Below are positions 50,363 through 58,145 of a stretch of DNA of 64,000 nucleotides, piece after piece. Positions within the stretch are counted from its first letter, which is position 1. Each line of letters opens with the position of its first letter. Source of the stretch: an uncultured Desulfarculus sp. (GTDB lineage: Bacteria > Desulfobacterota > Desulfarculia > Desulfarculales > Desulfarculaceae); assembly GCA_963665125.2 (NCBI GenBank), contig CAXXUK010000001.1, forward strand, positions 736,001 to 800,000. Direction: 5' to 3'. The position numbers were made by a program, and so were the translations under genes. The notes beneath the pieces were generated by a model. That model saw only the letters and a list, made by a program, of their open reading frames with translations, did no database searches and was not told where the DNA came from.

Positions 50363-51424
50363 TTATTCCCCCTTTTGCTGCTGGCTGGCGAGGGGCGCTT
50401 GTTTGGCCTCCGGCGGGATCAAGGCATCCGGAACGGGTATCTTGTTTTCCTTGAAGTATCGGTATGCTCCCACGTGTAGTGGCACTTCCAGGCCGATGAG
50501 GGCCTTTTGAGGGTCTTCAAGGTTTGCGTCGCCCAGGTCCATGTTGCCCCATTGACCGAATTGGTCAAAGAAAACCTTGGTCAGCTTGTAGACGGTTTGT
50601 TCATCAAGCTCGGCCCGACAATACAGGTGGTTGTGCTGGGCGATTGTTTTCAGGTCATTTTCCTGGCCTGGGAACTTTCCCGCCTTGACCACGAAGCGGA
50701 ATCCCTTGTAGGGCGAGGTGCTGTTGATAGTCGCCAACTGCTCGTCGCTTACCTCCAACAGCCGGGGATTGTTTTCCTTAACCTGCATTACATATTTTAC
50801 GGGATAAGAAAACGGTCCGTCGGATATCATCAAGCCTGCGACCTTTTGGGACTGAAAATAGCGGTAGGCCTTGAAGGGCAGCAGATAGCGTAATTGCATT
50901 TCACTGCGGTTGACGCCTATGGCCTGAAGGATGACCAGGGCGGAAAATTCTCCGCTGCCCGGCATTCCCGCCGAAACCGCTTGGCCGCCCAAGTCTTTTA
51001 TTGTGCCGGTATCGACCTTTTCACCACGCAGGATGAAATATTCAACGTTGGGCCATAATCTGAAAATAGAGCGCAATTCCTTGAATGGAGCGCCCTGGTA
51101 CAGGCCGGTTCCCTGCCAGGATGTGTTGGCAATGAGGTTCTCAAGGACAGCCAAGTCGACTTTATTCAGCCTTAGGCTCGAAAGGTTTTCCTCGCTGCCG
51201 GGGCTGACAATGGCCTGGCATTGAATCAGATCGCTTTCAGCCAGTGTCATCGACCACAATGTGGCCATGCCCCTGCCCACGGCGAAGTCAGCGCCCACGG
51301 CCGGACCGGTGGCCATTTTGAGCACATTCGGCTCATCTTGGGCCGCTGCCGGGCTGACGCAGACAATCAGTGCCCAGGCAATGGCGAGTAAACTGATTCT
51401 GAGTTTTAGATTAATGATGCTCAT
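50363..51424 (-). CDS. TAXI-family TRAP solute-binding protein
   Basis: MATG, GSEENL, GMPGSG, VPLHVGA.RYFKE. Confidence 0.88.
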   Translation of the reverse strand: MSIINLKLRISLLAIAWALIVCVSPAAAQDEPNVLKMATGPAVGADFAVGRGMATLWSMTLAESDLIQCQAIVSPGSEENLSSLRLNKVDLAVLENLIANTSWQGTGLYQGAPFKELRSIFRLWPNVEYFILRGEKVDTGTIKDLGGQAVSAGMPGSGEFSALVILQAIGVNRSEMQLRYLLPFKAYRYFQSQKVAGLMISDGPFSYPVKYVMQVKENNPRLLEVSDEQLATINSTSPYKGFRFVVKAGKFPGQENDLKTIAQHNHLYCRAELDEQTVYKLTKVFFDQFGQWGNMDLGDANLEDPQKALIGLEVPLHVGAYRYFKENKIPVPDALIPPEAKQAPLASQQQKGE

Positions 51425-51488
51425 AGCCGGTATTCCCGGAAAATGTGGTCGTATGGGCCTGAATTATCAAGTCCAGGCCTTTGGCCTA

Positions 51489-51851
51489 TCAACTGCTCAC
51501 CCAGGCCATGGCTTTGTCTAAATCATCGTGCCGAAAGCTTCTTATATCCACGCCGGTCGCCATCTCCAAGTACTGGGCAAAAGATCCGGCCCAACTCGGC
51601 TTTCCGATCAAGGCAACCTTTTGCAGTTGGCCTTCCTGTTCGATGACGAACCTGGCAATCTCAGTGGCCTCATGCAGGTTCATGCCGACGATTGGTTGCC
51701 CGAAATCCAGAACAAGCCGGTATTTGCCGTCTGACTCAGCCGCTTTGGCCAGTCCCTGATAAAGAACGGGAAGGTCATTGTCGATATCAAAGCTTCGCGA
51801 GACCCTTATGGCCAGAATGTTACCTTTACTTTGGGGCAGAACCTCGAACAT
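51489..51851 (-). CDS. STAS/SEC14 (SpoIIAA-like) protein
   Basis: KVALIG..W...IRSF....LDKAMAWV. Confidence 0.8.
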   Translation of the reverse strand: MFEVLPQSKGNILAIRVSRSFDIDNDLPVLYQGLAKAAESDGKYRLVLDFGQPIVGMNLHEATEIARFVIEQEGQLQKVALIGKPSWAGSFAQYLEMATGVDIRSFRHDDLDKAMAWVSS

Positions 51852-51955
51852 TGGAAACCCCCTTGATCATCTACATCTATTCGGTTCTCCAAGCATAACG
51901 GCATAACGGGTTTCAAGGCAAGCATAAGGGTGCCGGAAATCATGCGAAAAAAATG

Positions 51956-51987
51956 AAAACGCCGGTTCCCGACAGGAACCGGCGTTT
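51956..51987 (-). terminator. Intrinsic terminator
   Basis: AAAACGCCGGTTCC-CGACA-GGAACCGGCGTTT. Confidence 0.78.
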
Positions 51988-52033
51988 AGGAGTCAGAGTT
52001 GCCGCTTAATTATGCGGCATCACCGAGAGGTGA

Positions 52034-52459
52034 CTACTTGACGTCCACCAGCGGCACGGGGTAGTTCCACTCCATCTGCTCCAGGACCTTACGCAGGATC
52101 TCCGGGCTGTAGATGAGCTTCCACTTGCCGTCTTCTTCCATCCAGGCCTTGTTGACTTTGATCGAACGGCTGCTGTCAGCCAGATCGCCCTCAACCTTGA
52201 CCTTTTTGCCCAGCAGGCGGCTAATCCACTGCTGACCAATGTTGCTGATGGCGTACCAGTTGCCCTGGGCATCTACCAGGACAAAGTTTTGCTCGATAGC
52301 GGCCACGATATCCTCTGCGCCCACAGGGCAGGCCTTTTTATTCAGGGCGCACAGCAGACCCTGGATGCTGCCCTCAATGGTAGCCGGCTTGGCGGTAGCC
52401 AGGCTCGGGACCATCAGCAGTGCAACGATGACCGCAAGACCGATCCAACTTCTCTTCAT
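52034..52459 (-). CDS. Hypothetical secreted protein
   Basis: Signal peptide, strong GGAG RBS, two Cys. Confidence 0.78.
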   Translation of the reverse strand: MKRSWIGLAVIVALLMVPSLATAKPATIEGSIQGLLCALNKKACPVGAEDIVAAIEQNFVLVDAQGNWYAISNIGQQWISRLLGKKVKVEGDLADSSRSIKVNKAWMEEDGKWKLIYSPEILRKVLEQMEWNYPVPLVDVK

Positions 52460-53011
52460 CTCCTTCTCTCCCTTCTACGTGTTTTTAATTATTGAACACG
52501 CCGCCGCGCTGACCAGCAACACCCGAATTGTCGGGTGAAGGCGCAACATACGCGCGTTACAACTTCATGTCAGTGTAACTCACCAACTTTACTGGACTCA
52601 AGCAAATCTTTGCCTAATCCGGATTTGTTATCAACTCCCACAATGCACGATGCATCATGAACATATAAGCAGAAAAAAACCGGTCAGGTCAATCCTGCAA
52701 CAAAGAAAAAATTAATTCCCTGCAAAATGTTGGCGGCTTTAGTTGGTATCTCGTCATAAAAGAACCCTGTCTGCGGCCTCCGCAAGTTTGCTTACGCATG
52801 ATGTTACTATAAACAAAACACAAAAAACCACTTCTAATGCGACAAAAAAGCAAAGAACTGCATAATGGAACCCCGCGAAATGCCTTGATATGGAGCAATC
52901 GGGAGGCTCTCGGCGCGGGCAAGCCCGGACTTGACCGGCGACCATAACGCTGATAAGCTATCCTACTTATTGTAGTATCAATATAATCAGGCACTTAAAC
53001 GAAAGTCCCAA

Positions 53012-53494
53012 GTGAGGACCAACTTGGCAAAAAAAATTATAGAAATAATAGTGAACGGTTTCACGCGCGAGGTGGCCGCTGACGCCTCCATGAGCCTGGC
53101 GGATGTCCTGCGTGATGAATTTGGCCTTTTGGGCGTAAAAAAAGGCTGCGGCCTCGGAAATTGCGGTTGCTGCACTGTCTTGATGGACGGTCGGGCCGTC
53201 AGTTCATGCCTAGTTTTGGCCTTGGAAGCCCACCAGCGCGAGATAGTAACCGTTGAGGGGCTCAAAGACGCATCGCCGGAAGTAGGGGCCATTCGCCGCG
53301 GCCTCCTGGAGACCGGCGCGGCCAATGACGGCTTCGGCGCGGCAGGGTTGAGCATTTCGGCGTTTCAACTGGCCAAAGCAGGCGTCGCCGACGATGAAGG
53401 CATCGCCAGGGGCCTTTCCGGCCATTGCCTGGACGCCTCGGGATATGATCAAGCCATCTCGGCCGTCAAGGCTGCGGCGGGCAAGGAGGGCTAG
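53012..53494 (+). CDS. CoxS/XdhC-type [2Fe-2S] subunit, second cluster motif degenerate
   Basis: GCGLGNCGCC...SSCL intact; NDGFG and GHCLDASGY replace CGFC and CRCTGY; start uncertain. Confidence 0.85.
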   Translation: MRTNLAKKIIEIIVNGFTREVAADASMSLADVLRDEFGLLGVKKGCGLGNCGCCTVLMDGRAVSSCLVLALEAHQREIVTVEGLKDASPEVGAIRRGLLETGAANDGFGAAGLSISAFQLAKAGVADDEGIARGLSGHCLDASGYDQAISAVKAAAGKEG

Positions 53495-53496
53495 TC

Positions 53497-54375
53497 ATGG
53501 CGTCGTTGATTCAACATCATCAGCCCGGATCGCTGGAAACAGCCCTGGACTTCCTGGGCCGCTTTCGCACCGATGTAGCCATAATAGCCGGAGGCACAGC
53601 CATCGTGCCCCAGATGCGCGACGGCAGCAAAACAGTTGGCAACCTGGTCAGCCTAAGCCGGGTTAAAGGCCTGAGCCCAATATCATACATTGATGCGGAC
53701 GGCCTGGTCATCGGAGCCGGGGCCAAGGTGGCGGACGTGGCCGTGAGCCCGGACGTCCTCCGCTATTATCCCGCCCTGGCCCAGGCCTGCGCCCAGATGG
53801 CCACGCCCCAGGTCCGCAATATGGCCACCGTGGCCGGCAACCTGGCCAACGCCTCGCCGGCGGCTGATTGCGCCGCACCCCTATTGGCCCATGGCGGCAG
53901 TGTTGTCTTGGTGGAGCGCGGCGGCCGCAGGCAGGTCATGCTGGAGCGTTTATTCACTGGGCCGCATCAAACCGTTATCGAGCCCATGGAGATGATCGAG
54001 GCCATAAGGGTGCCCGCTCCGCCCAAGCGGTTTGGCTCGTGCTATCTGCGCCTTACCTCCGGCGGAGCCTGCGGCCGGTTGATCCTGGGCGTGGCCGGGC
54101 TATTGAGCCTCGACGCCGACGGCAACATCATCCGCTCCCGCCTGGCCATATCCGGCGCTGCGCCCACGCCCGTGCGGGCCAACGAGGCCGAAAGCCTGTT
54201 GGACGGCATGACCCCGGATGAGACCCTGTTGGCCCGGGCGGCCGCGGCCTGCGTGCGGGCCACGTCACCGTCCGACGATCATCTGGCCACGGCCTTTTAT
54301 CGCAGAATGATGACCCAGGTCCTGGCCCGCAGGGTCTTGCTGGCCTGTTTGGAAATGGCCCGGAGGGAATTGTGA
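53497..54375 (+). CDS. CoxM/XdhB-type FAD-binding subunit
   Basis: IAGGT, IGAG, ATPQVRNMATVAGNLANASPAAD, APTPVRA. Confidence 0.92.
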   Translation: MASLIQHHQPGSLETALDFLGRFRTDVAIIAGGTAIVPQMRDGSKTVGNLVSLSRVKGLSPISYIDADGLVIGAGAKVADVAVSPDVLRYYPALAQACAQMATPQVRNMATVAGNLANASPAADCAAPLLAHGGSVVLVERGGRRQVMLERLFTGPHQTVIEPMEMIEAIRVPAPPKRFGSCYLRLTSGGACGRLILGVAGLLSLDADGNIIRSRLAISGAAPTPVRANEAESLLDGMTPDETLLARAAAACVRATSPSDDHLATAFYRRMMTQVLARRVLLACLEMARREL

Positions 54376-55982
54376 TGAGCAATATCAGCAGTGATTTGGC
54401 AGGCCTTCGCGGAGAGCACGCCATCATGGGCCGTTCGATTTTCGCCGGTGACATCAGCCTGCCGGGCATGCTGCACGCCTGCCTGTTGGCCGGCCCGCAG
54501 GCAAGGGGCAGGATCAGCGGCATTGATTTCAAGGAAGCCCTAAAGGCTCCCGGCGTGGTTGCCGCCGTGGCGGACCAAGGATTGCTGGGCGTCGAGATTG
54601 ATTACCTGGGTCAACCGGTGGCGGCCATCTGCGCTGAAACCGCCCAGGCAGCGGTCATTGCCCTTGGCCGGATAAAGTACGAATTCGCCGCACAGGAGCC
54701 GCTGTTCGAGCTTGAGCTGGCCATGGCCGATGGCGCTCCATCCCTGTTGGATGGCGGCAATGTGGTTTCCCGCGCCAACGACGAAAAGGGCGATGTGGAA
54801 AACGCCCTGTCCCAGGCGTCGCAGGTGGTCATGGCCCGCTTCCAGACAGCGCCCAGATCCCTGGCCGGCGTTGAACCGGCCGTGTGCGTGGCGGCCCACG
54901 AGCCTGACGGCGGCTTGATCCTCTACGCCAACCGCGGCAGGGCCGACGTCCAACATGGCGCTTTGGCGGCGGCACTGGATATGGACCAGGCCAAGTTGCG
55001 GATCGAGTGCCTGGGCGATGCGCCCGCCGGGCCCTGGGAAACGGCGATGCAGTACGCCGCATTGAGTTTGGCGATAAAGAGCGGCAGGGCCGTCAGGATC
55101 GCCCCCAGCCTGGCCGAAAACGTGGCCCATGGCCTGCGCGTGCCCGGCACGGTGATCCTTGGCCGGGCCGGAGTGGATGACAAGGGCCGCCTTACTGCCC
55201 TGGATCTGGATATTAGCGTGGACGGCGGGGCCAACCAGGCCAAGCTGGACCAAGCCGTGGCCATGGCTGGTGCATTTGCCTACTCCACGGATAATTTCCG
55301 CTGCCGGGTGAGCCGGGGCTTCACCAACACTCCGCCTGCGGAAGTCTCCGCTTCATGCATCGCCTCTGCGGTTCATTTCGCCGTGGAGGGGCTGCTCAAC
55401 GAATCAGCCCGCCAATTGGCCATGGACCCCGTTGAGATGCGCCAGGCCAACGTCGCCCCCGGCGGCACTCTGGCCCAGTGCCTAGAATCCGCCAAAAAAT
55501 CGGCCCTCTGGGACGGCGGCAAACAGACCGGCGCGGCCTGTTTCGTCTTCGGCGATGGCGCTGAAATCGGCGCCGGCGTGCAGCTGGTCAGGGCGGAAAC
55601 AGACCTGGAAACGGGCATGATCACCCTGTCATCCATGCAGGCTATAATCAGCGGCTCTCAGCCGTCTGACGCCGCCGCAGCCCAAAGCCGCATCCTGGCC
55701 CAACTCCAGGACGGAGTATCCGCGGCCTTGGTCAGCGGCCTGAAAACGGTCGAGGGCAAGGTCGTCAACGCAGCGGAAAAACACCATGCAAACAGCCTGG
55801 ACATGCCGCGCGTGAAACTGGAGTTCACCGGAAACGGACCAGCTCCGGAGATCACCGCCGGGCCGTCCTATGGCGTGGCCCCGGCCTTGGCCGCTTCAGT
55901 GGCCGCCGCCAGCGGCGGTTTTTGCACCCAATTGCCCATAACCCCCGAGGGCCTGCTAAAGGCCACGGGCCGCATAAGGTAG
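54372..55982 (+). CDS. Shortened CoxL/Xdh-type molybdopterin-subunit homologue, degenerate
   Basis: G.SIFAGDI.LPGMLHA, PGVVA, GQPVAA.CA, MDPVEMRQAN, TDLETG, DMP; Moco motifs missing. Confidence 0.8.
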   Translation: MMSNISSDLAGLRGEHAIMGRSIFAGDISLPGMLHACLLAGPQARGRISGIDFKEALKAPGVVAAVADQGLLGVEIDYLGQPVAAICAETAQAAVIALGRIKYEFAAQEPLFELELAMADGAPSLLDGGNVVSRANDEKGDVENALSQASQVVMARFQTAPRSLAGVEPAVCVAAHEPDGGLILYANRGRADVQHGALAAALDMDQAKLRIECLGDAPAGPWETAMQYAALSLAIKSGRAVRIAPSLAENVAHGLRVPGTVILGRAGVDDKGRLTALDLDISVDGGANQAKLDQAVAMAGAFAYSTDNFRCRVSRGFTNTPPAEVSASCIASAVHFAVEGLLNESARQLAMDPVEMRQANVAPGGTLAQCLESAKKSALWDGGKQTGAACFVFGDGAEIGAGVQLVRAETDLETGMITLSSMQAIISGSQPSDAAAAQSRILAQLQDGVSAALVSGLKTVEGKVVNAAEKHHANSLDMPRVKLEFTGNGPAPEITAGPSYGVAPALAASVAAASGGFCTQLPITPEGLLKATGRIR

Positions 55983-55989
55983 CACGTTC

Positions 55990-56211
55990 ATGGAAAGTTA
56001 CGCCTCGGCAAAACTCGCCAAGATAGACACACGCTCCGACGGCGGAGCCAATGTCTGGTTCAAGGTCCGCTTGGGCGACTACCTGCTCGAAGTGCCCCTG
56101 ACCATTGAAGACACCAGGGAATTGGACATGGCCGAGGTCGGCAAATTGGCCCGCAAACAATTCGCCGGACTGGCCGCCGCCCTGGCCAAGGAAACCGCCC
56201 GTTGGGCTTGA
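55990..56211 (+). CDS. Small hypothetical protein
   Basis: 73-aa ORF directly after the CoxL-like gene with host-like codon usage. Confidence 0.65.
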   Translation: MESYASAKLAKIDTRSDGGANVWFKVRLGDYLLEVPLTIEDTRELDMAEVGKLARKQFAGLAAALAKETARWA

Positions 56212-56217
56212 GCTTTT

Positions 56218-56492
56218 GTGGGGGAGACCTTTTTCTTTTTACAAAAAAGAAAAAGGTCTCCCCCACACCCCCTTCCAAAAAGAAAACCAAATGCGCGTTC
56301 AATTTAGCCTGCGGCTAAATTGAACGCGCTGTGTTTGGCCAATGCCATTTCTTTGTCGACCTCTTGATCGGCAAAGAAACCACGCGCCACCAAAAAATGA
56401 CCGGTTATTGATTTGCGGCGAAGCCGAAATCAATAACCGGCGAAATTCTTTTGGGGGTGTGGGGGCCTTTTCTTTTAAGAAAAGGCCCCCAC
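56218..56492. repeat. REP/MITE-like multi-hairpin element with inverted terminal units
   Basis: Five hairpins; the terminal ones are related GTGGGGG...CCCCCAC palindromes flanked by inverted CACACCCCC/GGGGGTGTG tails. Confidence 0.75.
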
Positions 56493-56498
56493 GAATTT

Positions 56499-57704
56499 CT
56501 AGAAGTTTATGAACAGGCCGAGGAAGTAACCACCGGCAACGGCGGAGCCGATAACGCCGGCCACGTTGGGGCCCATGGCGTGCATCAGCAGGAAGTTGCG
56601 CTTGTTTTCCTGCTGGCCCATATGGTGGACGATGCGTGCGCTCATGGGAACGGCGGACACGCCCGCCGCGCCGAGCATGGGGTTGAAAGGCTCCTTGCTG
56701 AACTTGGACATGATCTTGCCGAAGATCACGCCGCCGGCGGTGCCCATGCAGAAGGCCAGCAGGCCAAGACCCAGCACCAGCAGGGTCTGCGGGTCCATGA
56801 CCCTATCCGCGGGCATGGAGGCTCCGATACCGAGCATCAGCAGGATGGTGATTATGTTGATCAGCTCGTTCTGGGCGGTCTGGCTCAGACGCTCGACCAC
56901 GCCGGATTCCCGGAAGAGGTTGCCCAGCAGCAGGAAGCCCACCAACGGAGCGCTCTTGGGGATGATCAGGATGATGATCAGCATGGCCATGATCGGGAAC
57001 AGGATGCGTTCCATGCGGCTGACGGGCCGGATCATGGGCTTCATGTAGGTTTCGCGTTCGGCTTTGCTGGTCAGGGCCTTGATGATGGGCGGTTGGATGA
57101 TTGCAACCATGGCCATGTAGGAATAGGCCGCGGTGGCGGTGATGCCCATGATGTCCGGGGCCAGCAGGCCGGTGGTGTAGATGGTGGTGGGTCCGTCGGC
57201 GCCGCCGATGATGCCGATGGAGCAGGCTTCCTTGAGGGTGAAGCCCCATTCGGGCACCAGAAGGCCCACGGCAAGGGCGCCCAGGAACGCGCAGTAGATG
57301 CCTATCTGGGCGGCCGCGCCCAGGAGGAAGGCCCTGGGATTGGCGATCAGCGGGCTGAAGTCGGTGAGAGCGCCGATGCCGAAGAAAATGAACTGGGGCA
57401 GAATGGTCCAGGTGTACAGGCCGTATTTGAGGATGATGCCCAGAACGCCCGCTCCGCCGTCGGGGATGCCGGGGCCGGGCAGGGTGGTCAGGCCGGTAAG
57501 CGGCAGGTTGGCCAGGATCATGCCCGCGCCGATGGGCAGAAGCTCGTAGGGCTCCCACTCTTTTTTAATGGCCAGGAAGATGAATCCCAGCCCGACCAGG
57601 ATCATGATCAGGTGGGGCAGGTCCATGTTGCCGAAGCCGACCTGGACATTGAGAATCTTTAAAACGCCGTCATGGTAGGTAATGAGGTGGTCCATAAAGC
57701 TCAT
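56499..57704 (-). CDS. oadB: Na+-translocating decarboxylase beta subunit
   Basis: EPYELLPIG, GAAAQIGI, IGIIGGADGPT, AYSYMA, GVSAVPMSAR, HAMGPNVAGVIGS. Confidence 0.95.
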   Translation of the reverse strand: MSFMDHLITYHDGVLKILNVQVGFGNMDLPHLIMILVGLGFIFLAIKKEWEPYELLPIGAGMILANLPLTGLTTLPGPGIPDGGAGVLGIILKYGLYTWTILPQFIFFGIGALTDFSPLIANPRAFLLGAAAQIGIYCAFLGALAVGLLVPEWGFTLKEACSIGIIGGADGPTTIYTTGLLAPDIMGITATAAYSYMAMVAIIQPPIIKALTSKAERETYMKPMIRPVSRMERILFPIMAMLIIILIIPKSAPLVGFLLLGNLFRESGVVERLSQTAQNELINIITILLMLGIGASMPADRVMDPQTLLVLGLGLLAFCMGTAGGVIFGKIMSKFSKEPFNPMLGAAGVSAVPMSARIVHHMGQQENKRNFLLMHAMGPNVAGVIGSAVAGGYFLGLFINF

Positions 57705-57883
57705 GATGCGGCCTCCTCCTTGGCTTGGGCCTGCTTAGCAGCTGCTTTCTTCTTGGCTTCGATGTTGATGAAGATCTTGCCCATGAAGTGGGTGCAAGCC
57801 GCCAGAATCGACATTATCAAGAAGACCACAACTAGGCCGCCGCCTACGATGCGAAACGCTTCCCCCCAGTTTACCGGTTCCAT
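57701..57883 (-). CDS. oadG: OadG (gamma/delta) family subunit
   Basis: Single TM segment G.VVVFLIMSIL; ATGA overlap with oadB. Confidence 0.8.
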   Translation of the reverse strand: MEPVNWGEAFRIVGGGLVVVFLIMSILAACTHFMGKIFINIEAKKKAAAKQAQAKEEAAS

Positions 57884-58145
57884 GTTAACCTCCGGTTTGC
57901 TTCAGATCCAGCGGGCCTCAAAAGCTCTGCCGGTCTTGGCATTATGTTATTGGTTTTCGGTGCTGTCTCAGTGGGTGGATCAGCGAAAGTTGAAACAAAG
58001 GGCCGGGAATAGAAAATTCCCAACCCTTATGTGATTGGAAAATATATAGCAAAAACGTTAAGTGAGCAAGTTGTTTGGGCCAATTGGTTGGTTTGCCCTA
58101 GGGCTTTCGCCATTATTAGAGGGTTGAAACCGGCTAATGCCGGTA

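Noticed and set aside
52601..52616. Minus-strand AGGCAAAGATTTGCT sigma54-like site
   Set aside because: GG to GC spacing is 9 nt, not the required 10.
52850..52960. Possible purine or Moco riboswitch upstream of the Xdh-like operon
   Set aside because: Only fragments (GATATGG, GGGAGGC) match; the purine UUUCUACC/CCGUAAA elements and a coherent Moco fold are absent.
52689..52994. 101-aa minus-strand ORF
   Set aside because: Atypical composition, no clear RBS, and it lies in a probable promoter region.
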